NCBI GenBank assembly: GCA_050084985.1
Contig: JBITNC010000001.1
Span: forward strand, 125,736,001 to 125,800,000
Length of the DNA stretch: 64,000 nt
Source: Nageia nagi
Lineage: Eukaryota; Plantae; Pinophyta
Direction of reading: 5' to 3'
The translations under genes and the position numbers were made by a program. Below are positions 1 to 13,859 of the stretch, piece by piece (position 1 is the stretch's first letter; each line of letters starts with the position of its first letter). A model generated the notes under the pieces. The model was not told where the DNA came from. It did no database searches and saw only the letters and a list, made by a program, of their open reading frames with translations.

Positions 1-1620
1 ATGGATTACAAGTTGAATTTCAAATGCACAAACAACATGGCTGAGTATTAAGCCTTAGTCTCAGGATTAAAGGTAACAATCAATATTATAATTAGCAAGT
101 TGAAAGTATATGGTGATTCACAACTTGTAATCAACTTAATCAATGATACTTACAACACCAAAGATGAGAAATTGTAAGCATATAAATACCTAGTATAAGT
201 AATGGTTAAAAGGTGCTTAAGAAAAATTCATTTTGAGAAAATTTCAATGAAAAATAATATATTTGTAGATTCTATGGCTAATGCTACTTCATTAACACCT
301 ATCTCAATTAAAAATGACAAAATAATAATCGAAATCAACAGCCTTAGATATTGTTCTTTTATTGATGATGAATAATTCCAAGGGTTCTTAAGGAAGGAAC
401 CAATCATTTGTGCTATTTTACACTTGCATGAATGGTATAATAACATACAACTACCTCAAGCATGAAAAGATTCTAGATTCATGCTAGTCCAAGTTACTCA
501 AAAGAAGAATAAAATGCATGGATACAAGGTATGTCCTTATTAGTGATATTCTTTACAAAAGATCATTTGAAGGTACTTTGATTAGATGTCTCAATGAAAC
601 TAAAGCCAATACGTATATGGAACAAGTACATGATAGCATAAATGGATTTCATTTTAATGGTAAAGCCATTTATCATAAGCTCCTAAGACCAGGATATTAT
701 TGACCATCTATGGGAAAGGATTGTATTTTACATATTCATAAATATGAAAAAAATGTCAAAAGCATGCTAACTTAAAATAGGATCCTTAAGTGAATTAGCC
801 ACAATGATATCACCTTGTCCTTTTGCTATTTGGGCCTTAGATTTAATTGATGTTATAAATCCCAAGTCTAGTGAGGGACACAAATTTATCCTAGTTTCTA
901 TAAAAGAATTCACAAAAGAGGATGAAATTGTACCAAAGGTCCTCAAATTGTAAAGTTCATGATTAAAAATATCATTGCTATATTTGGTGTTTCATATTAT
1001 GTCATCATGGATAATGGAAAGAACTTTAGAAGTAAGAAAGTCATGGACTTTTGTAAAAATTTCAAAATCAAGAGAAGATTCTCATAAACCTACTATCCAC
1101 AAAGCAATGAACAAGCAAAAGCAACCAATAAGACAATTATAAACATCTTGTGTAAGACAATCAAGAAAAATCATAGATATTGGCATTCATAACTTATATA
1201 TACATTATGGGCATACAAAATAAGCATAAGATCAACTACAGGTTATACTAAATTTTCATTAGTTTATGGAGATGAAGCAATATTACCATTGGAGGTTGAG
1301 ATACCATCATTACAATTTTCCCTAGAAGGCATCATTAATTAGGAAGATCAATGAAAAGAAAGACTAAGAGAACTAAAAGGTTTGGATGAAAATAGAGTCC
1401 ATGTATTAGAATATATTAGAGCTTATTATAAATAAGAAATGAAATCACATGGAAAGAAGATTGTACCACATGAACTCTAAGTGGGTGATCTAGTGCTCAA
1501 GGAGAATCATCACAAGTCATAGGCTAAAAAATAATATAAAGGTAAATTTGAGACCAATTTTATTGGTCCCTACATCATAAATATAAAGTATCCAAACAAT
1601 GTCTACAAGTTTGCAATAGT
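1..1620 (+). pseudogene. Ty3/gypsy Tat-lineage pol remnant: archaeal-type RNase H followed by integrase
   Basis: Manual translation gives FKCTNNMAEY*ALVSGL...KVYGDSQLV (aRH), then ILYKRSFEGTLIRCL...GYY*P, WALDLI, IMDNGKNF, YYPQSNEQAKATNKTI, LWAY...TTG...LVYG.EAILPLEVEIPS and KF..NFIGPY. Many stops and frameshifts. Confidence 0.9.
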
Positions 1621-2249
1621 TTCTTAATTGAAAATTATAGATATTATCATATTTATTTAATGGTTGTGTGTAAAAAAAAAAAAAACATGATAGATATCTT
1701 TTACATATTCTTATTTTTATTAGAATAATTTGATTGTTTATATTAAATTGGCCTATTAAGAAATCATAAAGATAGAGATAACCATGCTATATCAAATTTA
1801 AGTAGAATATGACAAGACTCATCATATAAGTTAGATTTAAAAGTAAGGGATTCTAATTATTTGTTTAAACTAATTTTTTTACTACAATATTTTTGAATAT
1901 TTGATGACTAATCTTACATAGGTAAATATTTATGCATAGGAAAATTATGATTAGTAAGGTTATAATATAAGTACGTGTACATTCCATGTTCTTAACTTTT
2001 ACATGATGGTGAAACTCAAAGAGATAATATCTTCTCTAATGATACATATCTACCTATATTATTCAAATCTAAAGTGAATATAGAGAGTTAATTGGACATA
2101 TAATGATCATAATTAATAAATATCACTTATGTTATAATTGACTAGATTTGGACCTTAAGATAAGTTAATAGTATTCATGTCAACATTGGATCATAGAGAT
2201 TAATGTTGATGATCCATAAGTATATAACTAAATAATATTAAAAATGTAG

Positions 2250-3400
2250 TAATAATTATAAAATAAGATATTTCTTTACTCATCCTAGTATGTATTTAGA
2301 TATGATAACAAGTAATTATATTAGACTATAAATGGAGTCTAATTATTTTATGCACCTAACACAAAGAAACAAGGTATGTGGAGATCCTATCTCCATTATT
2401 TTCACAAGCTCCCAAAATACCTTTGTAACCTGCACAACATGATAATAGTCCTTTTTAAATATAAATTTTAATTTCACCCCATTTTACTAAAATCCTTAAG
2501 TGAAAAATTTGAATTCACATAAATGGAATATTCCTTTCCTCATATGAAGATAGTCAATTACTTTCAAACTCTTTTTTACCTGTGATGACCCCTTTGTCTT
2601 GTAATGTAATTTTATTAGTGCACACACACATATACACCATTAAAATCAAATATTATATGCAATAACTATAGTATACATTTATATGATCTATAATGGTCAT
2701 TAGGGTTTGTCAACAAATCATCGCCAATCGTTTCCTTACTCTTACCAATTTGTTCCCATAACCAACTCACCCTTGGTCCCTTAGGTATTTAACAAGAATT
2801 TCCATCTTGAGTCAAGCTATAACCTATATCATAAAATATCTAAACAAGCACCAAATTGACATAAATAATGCATATATCCATTAACAACTAATCAACTCAT
2901 AACATAATTATATATTAATCTCATTCAAATCCTTGATGGTATTCAAACCTTAATAGTGCATTTCTATGGGTCATTACTTACATACTACCCCACATAAAAG
3001 GAAAACACTCCCCTATGTTCTTAAATACAACAAAATTTTGAGAATGTTTTACATAATCATTCAAACAACTAAGAAAATTATTTTCTCAATGTGTATTCAT
3101 CTTCCCAAGTGGAAGATTATTCAATGTACTTGTCCCATTGGACTAAACATTCATTAATCTCCTAACTTTTCAATTTCCTAGTTATAAAAGCTAGGATCCT
3201 AACAAGAAGAACTTCAACAACATGAGGGTTTGACATCTATAAATAAAAAAAATCCAACACATGGAAGGGGTTAGCAACATATTTTATCAAAAGAGAGACA
3301 TGAAAGACATCATGCATTTTTGACAAACTTGGTGGCAATTGGACTCTTCTTCTTGATTATTTCAAAAGGAACAACAAATTAGGAATCCCATTTGGTAAAG
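2250..3400 (-). mobile_element. Truncated 3' end of a Tekay-like gypsy element (integrase C-terminus, PPT, partial 3' LTR)
   Basis: 3170-3400 is homologous to 43600-43850 (HDVFHVSLL region). The LTR ends ...ttaca at 2982, followed by tactacccc (reverse-complement PPT), as at 43433. 2340-2900 resembles the LTRs at 5640 and 53000. Left edge approximate. Confidence 0.7.
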
Positions 3401-3409
3401 AATTCAATG

Positions 3410-4410
3410 TGGCAATAAGAAATGGAAATATTTCATCTTGAAATAAGTACATGGAGAAGTTAATATTGAGTTTGGGATGTTATTCATTGACTAGTGACTT
3501 CTACATATTTACCTTATGATGATTGCCTTATTTGGTATTAGGAGTACAATACTTGCACTCGTTGGGGGAAATCACTTCCAATTACAAGATGTTGAAAATA
3601 AAATTCAAGATAAATGGAAATGAGATTCTCTTGCATGAAATCAAGGAAGATCTATTAGCATTAACTAAGAGAATGGAGGTAATTCTTAAATTCACTAGTG
3701 CATACACTAGAAAAGGTATGACTTATTTCAATTATGAAAAATCCATTAATCATCTTAGATTTTAGATTGAGGAGAATTCACCTATCTTGGAGCATCGAAG
3801 TACTTGTTATAGATACATGTGTAAGGTATGTTTAATCCTATAGATCATCATTATAGTTTAATTCTTTTATAGTATAAGGAATATGAGGTATGTTATGAGA
3901 TTTTAGTTAAGATGATTGATGAAATTTGGTTGAAAATAGTTGGCAAACCTAGATATGAGTTGGTAGATTTCATATATGATTATTTGAAAGACATGTGGGA
4001 TAGAGATGATGAAAAGTACATATGAAGATCAAAGTTTGTTGATTTACCTTCACTTTTCAGTATCTTTTAGAAAAATATCTTCATTACTATTGTTAGCTTA
4101 GTAAAAATTTTGCATTATAAATACTTATGAAAGGAATAGAAACTGGGAATGAATGCACTAGAAATATTGGTACAATCTTAGTCTTAAGAAGAGAAAAGGT
4201 CCAATATTAATTAAATTAGATCTTAGATACATACAATCAAGTTTATTATAGTTTAGATTTTGCATCAGTATAGCCTTAGAACATATTTGGGGTAGGCTTA
4301 TAAAAAGTTGGGAGCAGTTTGGGAAAGTGTTTGTAGGGCAACATTAGTTCTTCATGATACTCGGAATTTTATGGAAACAAAGAAATATGGTATATTTTTG
4401 CATGGATTTC
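3410..4410 (+). mobile_element. Fragment of the gag-protease-only LTR family (protease C-terminal half plus non-coding 3' region)
   Basis: Colinear with 18310-19140 and 21890-22250. ORF 3523-3765 contains LVLGVQYLHSLGEI, a gypsy aspartic protease C-terminal motif. Confidence 0.7.
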
Positions 4411-5639
4411 ATGGTTCATATATTATATACCTTCTAGTTTCTCTTATATCTTACAAATCATTGGCTCATGATAAGATATTTACCATGAAAAGGGTTCACT
4501 TGTAGAGATACATATTTTATAACTTCATGGTCTTATGGCCCACTTGTTTTCTACTTGGCCAATGACATTACCTTTTATTATATATCTTTTGATGCATTAC
4601 ATGGATAAGTAAACTCATTATAAAATGTAACAAGATGAACAAAAACTCATGTTCATCATTGTGTTACAATGTGGCAAGACCTTGTGTTTATTATGCCTTG
4701 ATTGTTATCATAAAAGTTTTTCTATGAGTTAAGCCTTTTTATTGATTTCATATGATCTACAAGTTGTGCTTATTTGGTATCTTCTCCTTTTCCTTTTGTG
4801 AAATTAGATATTGCCATTGGTGTTTTATATCTAACACTATTATTCTTTCATATTTAGCTACCACATGGTCCTTTAATACTTATAGTGAAATATTTATTAT
4901 AATTATGGAGGCTCTTGAGGATGTTTATCTTGTTGAAGAAATCAAAGTAATAGTTTTTGTAATTCAAAATTATCTTACCTATGGGTAATAAAGTTAAAAA
5001 GTTATGCCTTAAGTATTGGGAATTAGATTCAAAAGAGAAGTACTTAGCCATCTATTATATTAGAGAAAATCCCTATTATATCAATCCTCTTATTTAAGGA
5101 TTTTTATATCATGGACAAAGTTATGATAAATATAATTGATATTGAACCATCCAAATCCTAAAGTGACTATAGCCTATAGGCAAGGAAGGGGAAAATAGAG
5201 GAATCAAAGATGATAAGAAAATAGAAATAAAAGAAAGATGAATGTAATATGACATTAATAGGTAGGAAGTTGATGAGAAGGTTGAAAAGGGAGAAGGATC
5301 TTATGTTTTAGGGAGGAGAAAAAAGGAGGAATAATATTTGATAAGAACCATGAAGGAATCAAAATAAATGAAGGAAGTTGATGCCCTTAAGAGTCATTCA
5401 AATGATGCAATGAGGTAGAGACATGCAATATTCCTTTTTAGCTTATAGTGCTATTATAAGACCTAAAATATCTCTTAGACTTAGTTTCTTGGTATCCATT
5501 ATCCACGTAACTTATAAGTTTCTCTTCAATTAAGTGGCTCTTCATCAAGGCATGTAGTATTTTAGGTGCGATGAGGTAAGGCTCCACTTCTATTTTGAGA
5601 AAGAGTAGCATAAATTAGGATATATTTCTACTCAAAGTT

Positions 5640-8600
5640 TGTAACAACCCACCCAATTGCACTTATTATGACCTGAATGCCTTTGGGAATTTGAATATGA
5701 TTGAAAATATATGTGTTATGAAATCTATTTGTGAATGGTTATATGCAATTTTGTGTTAGTTTGATATTAGCTTTGAGGTTTTTATGACACAAGTTACAAG
5801 TTGAATGAGCGTGGGAGTTAGGTTGGAGACCATAGGAAACCAAAGATGAGTTGGTTATAGGAATGGATTAGTAAGAGTGAAGAAATGATTGTAATTGATT
5901 CATTGATAGCCCATAAGGACCTTCATAAATCATATAATTGTATATCATAATTATTATGCATGATATTTGATCCCTGTGATGAGTTTAATGTTCATATGTG
6001 CACTAACAAAAAATTACCTTGCATGACAGATGGTCTTCGTAGGTAAACTTATGTACTAAAAATTTGATGTGCATTCCCAAATTGGTTTGGAAAATTAATT
6101 AACTATTTTTGAATGTTACAAGGAATATTCCAAATATTTAAATTTGAATTTTTCACCAAAGAATATTAGTTTTTACAAACAAAAAATTCTAGGGTTAAGT
6201 GAAAATAAAATTTAGGGATGAGGGACTATTTTGGTATTTTGTAGTAGGTGAAAGGCTATTTTGGTATTTTACAAAAATAATGGAGGGAATATATCCTTAC
6301 ATTTTGTTATTTTATGTGAGATGTGTAAAATAATTGATAAATCTTTTCATATATTTTAGTGCTTAATATGAAGTGTGCAAAATATTTTGTAGGACTTGGG
6401 ACTTACAAAAAAAATTGTCAAAATCCTAGCATAAAATAATAAACCTCCCTACCCTTCATGAACAAAAATATTGAAGTGGAAAATTGTTAAATTTTTGAAT
6501 GGACTATAGCAACCTTTGGTTATAAATACCTAGGATAACTCTTTGAAAAAGACATCATTCATACAATTCTCCCCTCTTTCCAAATCTTGTTCTAGAGACC
6601 TATGAAGGAAGGAATCTGTCTCTCATCTTAAGTCCTGGTGCTTTTCTAACATTCTAGCCACTAGTGTAAAATAGTTGAAGCCTTTAGTTTTATTTGAAAA
6701 TTTTAAGTTAATTTAAGGGATGGATTTCTTATTTAAAAGTTTGAGATAATATTAAATAATTGTTTATTATTATTGGTCTTACATTAGTTTGTACCATTGA
6801 AATACATAGTGTTTGTATTTATTGAACATTATTGCATGTGAATATAATGTATACCTTGTCTATATGTGATTGGAGTAGGGGTAAACAATGTATATTAAAT
6901 TGCTTGTTTTAGTTGTATGGGTAGTCACACATAAAATAAATTGTGTGACATGCCATTTAGAAACACATATAGATTTGACAAAATAATATCCCTCCCTACA
7001 TTGCATTGTATCGTGATTTGGCTTTCTTGAAGGCCATGTGAAAATTGTTAGTCATTTTTGCTTAAATTCATAGTGAAACATTATCATTATGGTCATGAGC
7101 TATCTCCATGTGCTGAGAAACAAGTCTTCTTAAGTGTCATTGATCTTAGCATAATGTTTATAGGGAAAAATTGTTGAAGAAAATGTTTCAAAAACTTGAT
7201 GGTAATAAGATTGTCTATGGATTTGCCTTGTATATTCCTGAATGAATGGATATGAGAGCAAGACTAGAATGTAAAATATTAAAGCTTAAACCTTATTATG
7301 ATGTCATATAATTCACCCTTATCTTTGCTCTACACTTGAAAAAGGGAGTCTAGGTTGTAAAGCAATATTTCTTGAAAGTATGGGAGGAAAGGATTCAAGT
7401 CTTAATCCTTGCACATAAGTAGGAAATAGATGGGTATCTGAGAGAGATCCCCCAATCATTTTGGTGCAAGCTAGATGCCCAATACATGTTTCTTTATTTT
7501 TTGACATGTTAAACACTTCATATCTTTATCCAAGCCCATGAGGTATATTACTTCTTTTCCTTGTCCAATGTTTACATCTGAAATAATATCCTCCTCTCTG
7601 CATTTGACTTTGTAAGTGATTATGATACTCTTCAACACTTTAGTGGGTACATAGATGAGCTTGATTCACCATGTATATCAACACATGGGCACTATATTAT
7701 TCTTTATTTAATCATTTTATTGAAATGAAACCATCTATTACAAATGCAATAGGCATCCTATCAATTCCTTTACATTATTTGTAGTGGAAAGAGCCTAATA
7801 TTAGATAAGGAACATGATGAATTCTATCATAGAGGGTAAGTAAAAATACCTTATAGTGGGCCATCCTTTGTAATTCCTAAGCCCTAATCATTTTCCCATG
7901 ATATTCTCTCACTCCTTGTGAGCTTCTCTCACTTCCCACTAGCTCCTCTCACTCTTAGCAAGCTCCTCTCACTCCGTGTAATCCATCTCTACAAATCATC
8001 TCTTACCATGGCCTTTAAAACCCTGTCAATAATTAACTAAGGGAAGCTTCCCTATTAAATTTATTTTTACTAAGGTTAAGTGAAATTTATATGGAAGTTT
8101 GCAATAGGCATTATTATAATAAAATAAATGAGAAATTAAAGAACCATTTAATAGAAGTTTAACAATAAATTTTATTAAATACCTTTTTGTGTGTTTAAAT
8201 GATAGGATTACCATTTTTTAAAAAAGGAATATATGTTTTTGGGATGAATTATACTAGAATTTAGATTATGAATTCACAAATGGATTTATAAGAACAAATA
8301 AAGGTTTATATGATGATATTATGGGTGAATAATGTTGAATAATGCATTGTTTGATTAAATATTAGTACTATTATAATGGAAAACCATGTTAAAATGATTA
8401 ATTAATTATTTGAAGGGAAAACCATGGGATATAATGAAATGTATAATTAATGGTATTACTTCTAAGTTAATTTGAAGCATGTGAAATTATTTAATGATAT
8501 GACTAAATTGCAAAATTGATACCCTATGACCAAGGAAGGGAGGTAGTTCTAGTAAGAACATAGAACCTTATGAGGTCAAATAATACAGTATTGATTGATG

Positions 8601-10820
8601 ACTAATTGTATGTGAAGGAATGAGTTATGATGCATCTAGGGTAGGATACATTTTGGTCATAAAAAGAGCTATCTTGATTCTCAAATGCTCTAAACCCTTT
8701 CTTAGTACCTATATCCAATGAATCTTGGATCCTTGGAAGGTAGGTGAAAGATGAAGATGGAAAGAAGCTACACCAAGAGGATGAAGATGAAATGGAGACC
8801 TTCTATGATATATCTCTACAAAGTTATGATGTAAAATCCCTATTTTGATTATATGAGAACTTACATGTAAATAAATGCCTCATACACTATGATGTATAAA
8901 TTAGGTTTGCCCTAGTTCTTGATAGATTTATATCATCATGAAACACATTAGGGTATGAAATGAAGCTATACCCATTGATGTATAGTCAATTGTAAAACAA
9001 ATGTAAGTATTAATTTATGTATCAATGAAGATAACCTATTGTCCATATGTAATTAATTTGTGATAATCCAAGATCTAAGTTGATTTATTTCATTCTATGT
9101 TATGTTCTTAAATGTATCTAAATAATTTATGAGACTAAAAATGATTTCTTGGGAAGTTAAATAAATAATGGAACAAGAACCCTAATTAATGCTCATATGA
9201 AGATAATTACTTGGTAAAACATAGTAATTACATTATATTCCCTAACCTAATATGATTATGATGAAGTATGGAACCTTTGTATGGGAAATTCTCTTGGAAT
9301 AATCAATAAAAGGTATGGGATAGGAACCAATTAATGTCTCATAATAATAATAAACATTAAAGAAATTTTGTTTTATTTGAGAAAATATACATCCTTGAAA
9401 ATTTTAAAATGAAAAGGGCATGAGTTACCTAAAGAGATTTAAATAGAATGATAATATCTTGATACTTATCTCAAGATTAAATAAAATATTAGGGTTTTAA
9501 GAAGCATTACAAGAAAACTTGATCAAGGAGAAAAAACCCTAAAAGGAAAATAAAAGGTAATATAGGCCTCAAACCAATATTGATGTTGATCAAAGGAGCA
9601 TACAAACAAATTAGTTAAGAAATTATGGATTGAATAATGATAGGGAAACTTACATAAAAAGAAAACTTAGTCAATCCTTCATTGTTGTAATATTGCTAAA
9701 TGACCTCCAAAATATATTCCTTGAGTATGTTATACTCTATGCTACACTCCCTTGCTAGAAGTAGCCGCTTTTAGCAATATCTCAAGGCTTGTTATTATAC
9801 TCTAGCATATGATGTACTTTTAAAGTAACATGTGCTTCATCATGCATATGAGATAATTATAGTAAAGTATTGTTGAATATTATTTGGTGGCTTTATGAAC
9901 AAGATTATTTGAAACTTCTTGTGTACATTTGATGAATTTACTATTTTTATTTATCAAACATGATTATTATATATGAAAAATGATTTATTTGCATTTAATT
10001 AGATTGTAAGAATATCCTAGTACTTGATTCAAGCATGAAACCTAAAAAACTTAATAATTGATTTGGGAATAATTATTTGTAGGGACATTAGTTTCAAGAT
10101 GGTTTCACTTCATAATATTGATGTAAAATTTATTAAACTATACAAACCACTCAACGGTATTATTATAATACCCATGGCTTCCCAAGATATGGTAATGGGG
10201 ATATTGAACATCATGGTGGGCCTAGCTAATAGATATATGAGGGTTAGTGTCTTATATCCTTGATAGGTAGTCAAATGAGGGTAGCAATTGATAAAACTAC
10301 AATTACTAGGTAAAGGTAACTAGTAGTTATACTACCTATAATTTAGCAAATAGAGGTATGGAGAATATTCCATAGGCAATGAAACTTACCCATTTCATAT
10401 GGAGGATTGCATAGGATAATCTATTTGCACCTATGAATCAAAGGGTTACCATAAAAAAATATGCATAACCTTATGGATGAGCATTCTCTCAAGTGATATG
10501 GGTCCCAAATAGGAAACCACTATACTATGATTGGAATGTATATTGCATAGTTTGTGAACATAGATGGTGGGGTCACCTATGTGGCATTTTTAAATGGGAT
10601 GAGAGTTATTGAAGTGAACACCATAAGGATTCTGACCAGGGTTGGTTAATCAAGATTTGACCAATCTTGCCATATGGGTGCTGACTAGCTAGCAATCTTG
10701 ATATGCTCATGTGGATCGCTTTTTCCATTTCTAGACCATTCAAGTGTTTAAATTTGTTTTTTAAAAAATAGTTATGAATTTTTATGATTTTGTGAATTTG
10801 AGAATAGGTGAAGCATTATA
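5640..10820 (+). mobile_element. Solo LTR (about 5.2 kb) related to the Tekay-like element at 36182-53772
   Basis: Begins TGTAACAACCCACCCAATTGCAC (compare the reverse complement of the 53772 end) and ends AGAATAGGTGAAGCATTATA (compare the reverse complement of the 36182 start). Exact 5-bp TSD AAGTT at 5635-5639 and 10821-10825. No PBS or PPT adjacent. Confidence 0.85.
7905..7990. repeat. Short tandem repeat, about 21-bp unit (gctcctctcactc core), about 4 copies
   Basis: CTCTCACT recurs at about 21-bp spacing. Confidence 0.6.
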
Positions 10821-11409
10821 AAGTTCTTATAATTAGTAAATATTAGTAACCTTAGAGGTCTAATTAATATCAATAATAATGAGAATAATATCCTTATCAA
10901 GGTAAAATATAATTATAGAATCCTAAGTTTACTTTTCCCCATTTGATTTGTCTCTTTCACGAAGAGAAATTTGTTTCTTCCACACTAGTTTTGATGCAAC
11001 TCCTTCATGAAGGGTAGTGGAAATGTTGAGAAAAGGGATAAAGGGGCCCATTGCTCAAGTGGATATTAGAGCGATAATAGTCTATTTGATCATTTTAGTA
11101 TTTGAGATATCTTTATGGTCATTACTAAGTTATATTTCTACAATATGATGATTGGATATTGGAAATATGCTTTTGGTGATTGTATTTTCACTATTTTATG
11201 TTCTTGCTTAGTTTTTCCTATTTTTGGAGTAATTTATGAGCATTATGAATAATTTATTGATCATGGTGGAGGTTCACCCTAGTTTTGGAAAAAATAATTA
11301 GAGCATGATTTGGACATATTTAAGCTATTTATAATTTATTAAAATTTTAGGAATTAAGTAAAAAATTTATTGAGAATTTTTAGAAGAGCCCTAGTTTGAA
11401 TCCTCATAG

Positions 11410-11421
11410 TGGTATCAAAGC
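11410..11421 (+). promoter_or_regulatory. Primer binding site (tRNA-iMet type)
   Basis: TGGTATCAAAGC versus consensus TGGTATCAGAGC, directly after an LTR end. Confidence 0.85.
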
Positions 11422-12762
11422 CTATATCTTGCTAGCCTATTAGGAAGAGATCTAATAGAGATTGATTAGAGCTTGAATTTTTACAGTAGATCTAAGGGTT
11501 TTCTATGGTAGCAAATATATTTATAGTGATATTGGAGAATTGCATTGGAGGATTTGATTTGGGTATTTTACAGTGAAATTGTAATGGTATTCATATTTGG
11601 ATTTGGATCATTTGCATTAAGGAGTGAGTTATTAAATTTTAGAGGAGATTTAGAATTCAAGTTTGGATATTGGAGTCATCATAATGGAGTTCTTTACTTT
11701 GATGATCTCTTTAGAGTATCCATACATTTAGATATATCCCCTTGAGGTAATCATCCCACCCTTGGAGGTATTTCTCATTAGGTTTGATATTTCCACTTGG
11801 TATATTTTATTTTAAATAATTTTTAGAGTTAGTTTCAAATTTTAAGAAGTTAAGGAGATGGTTTTCCAATTTTTGGGAGTCCTAATTTTTCACTTATAAA
11901 GTTGGGAATCCTACTTGAGGGTGACATATAGTTTTTAGAGACTTAGTAGAGAATATTTGACTTTAGATTAAGGGTCATTTAAGCATATGCATTATGATAT
12001 ACATCAAAACTACTAGAGGAGAAATAGAAGGAAATGGAATAATGAGATTGATGGAACAAAAGATAGATATCATGATTATTTTAATGAATAAATTATTGAC
12101 CAAGATGGATGAGAAAACATCTAATAGGGCCTCCATACCTTAAATTGGAAGATTAGTAAAGTATATACATGCTTCAATCCCACTTTCGAGTAAACCCATA
12201 TTCACTAAAAAGAGGTAGCAAATTCTAATTAAGAAAATATAAGTATGGATGTAGTATTGAAAGAGTATTTGGATAAGATAAAAGAATTTCAAATGAACAT
12301 ATCATTTCATACATATTAGGATATGATGAGGTAAAAGGGTGGAAAATCTAGGCCCTTTGAAAGGAAAGACATTCAATAGAAAATGCAGATGCCTATGTTT
12401 GATGGAGGAAATGAAATTTTAGCTAGGGAAAGGATACATAAATTGTAGACTTATTTCTTACTTAATCCAATGAATGAAGAGAAAGGGATATATATTGATA
12501 CACTTTTCTTAGAGTGATTCACATACAAATGGTATCATCATGACCTCATCACATAAGGTTATAGTGTGGTAACTACATTTGAAGAGTTCAACCAATTGGT
12601 TTTGGATTAGTTAGAACAAAGGAATGGGGAATAATACTTTAGAGAGTTAGCTACCTTGAATCAAAACATAATAATTAGGGCATACATTGAATAATTTCAA
12701 AAAAATTTAATCATGGTTCCTAATATTGATGAGAAGAGGATTTTGTTCCTTTTCATGGATGG

Positions 12763-13394
12763 TGTAGATCCAAAATAATGCATAAATCATAAATCGATGC
12801 ACTATTTATTTACAATATATTTATTGAAGCATATATCATAAATATGGCATAAAATAATAATTATAATCCATGTACCTTCATTGCAATTATATAAACATGA
12901 AATAATAGAGACCATTCATTGACCATCATGTTGCATTCATGAAGATGCACATTGCCAATGGACTAAAGATACCACATTGCTAGCTTTGTGGATTAAGTAG
13001 ATTTACATATGGAATAAAAGATATATGAAAGAGATGTGAAGGGTTTAACATATCTATACAAAGGTGGTGTTACAAAATACCCTTTTTGGTAGGATAGAGC
13101 AATCTTGCATTTCTTGAAGTTTCTCTTGGTGTTTTTGATGCCCTTGCATGATGATATTTTTTTCCTTTGATGTGTATTTATAGCAATGTATTGATCTTAT
13201 TTGATTTTTGATATCATTCACATTACATATATTGAGGCATATTTCTTTATATTTGATACCTTTTACATTGTAAAATGGTCCATTACATTTATTACATTGC
13301 CTTGGGTATATTTTAACCCCTTTTTACAATAAATATCATTGATGCTATAAAATGAATTATTTAATAAGTAATAATTCATTTTTAGGAGTCTACA
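12763..13394 (-). repeat. 3' LTR of Tat element
   Basis: TGTAGATCC...GTCTACA, colinear with 17099-17721. Confidence 0.9.
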
Positions 13395-13535
13395 TTATGC
13401 CCCTATTTGGAGGTATGATTGAATAAATGAAATTACATGTACAAAGAAGAAGTACATAAGAAAATTTTGAGAACTTTGAACTCTTTCTACACTACTACTT
13501 GATGATGCTACTAATGGTGAGGGTCCTTTGCTACC

Positions 13536-13858
13536 CCATTTTGGCTTGAAAAATGCAAGTGCTACTTAGATAACATCTATTCGGATTGAAAAATGCAAGT
13601 GCTACTTAGACAACATGTATTTGAATTGAAAAATGGGAAATCTATTCGGATTGAAAAATGCAAGTGCTACTTACCAAAGGGTTATGGTATCAATTTTTCA
13701 TGAGCACATCGATAAATCAGTTGTGGTATATGTTGATGATATATGGTGAAATCAAAACAAGTTCAAAATGATTTAGAGATGCTTGAGGAAGTCTTCCAAA
13801 TTTTGAAAAGGTACAAACTTAGACTTAAACCTCAAAATGTGTTTTTGGTGTTACTTCT
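13536..13858 (+). pseudogene. Inverted RT core fragment (FGLKNASAT...YQRVM...VYVDDI...LRLKP)
   Basis: Reads on +, opposite to the rest of the element's pol. Confidence 0.85.
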
Positions 13859-13859
13859 A

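Noticed and set aside
1-1620. aRH-integrase as the missing part of the Tat element at 12763-17721
   Set aside because: Opposite strand, 11 kb away and outside that element's TSD-bounded LTRs; treated as a separate element.
4410-5639. Short ORFs and purine-rich tract
   Set aside because: No recognisable motif or terminus; left unassigned.
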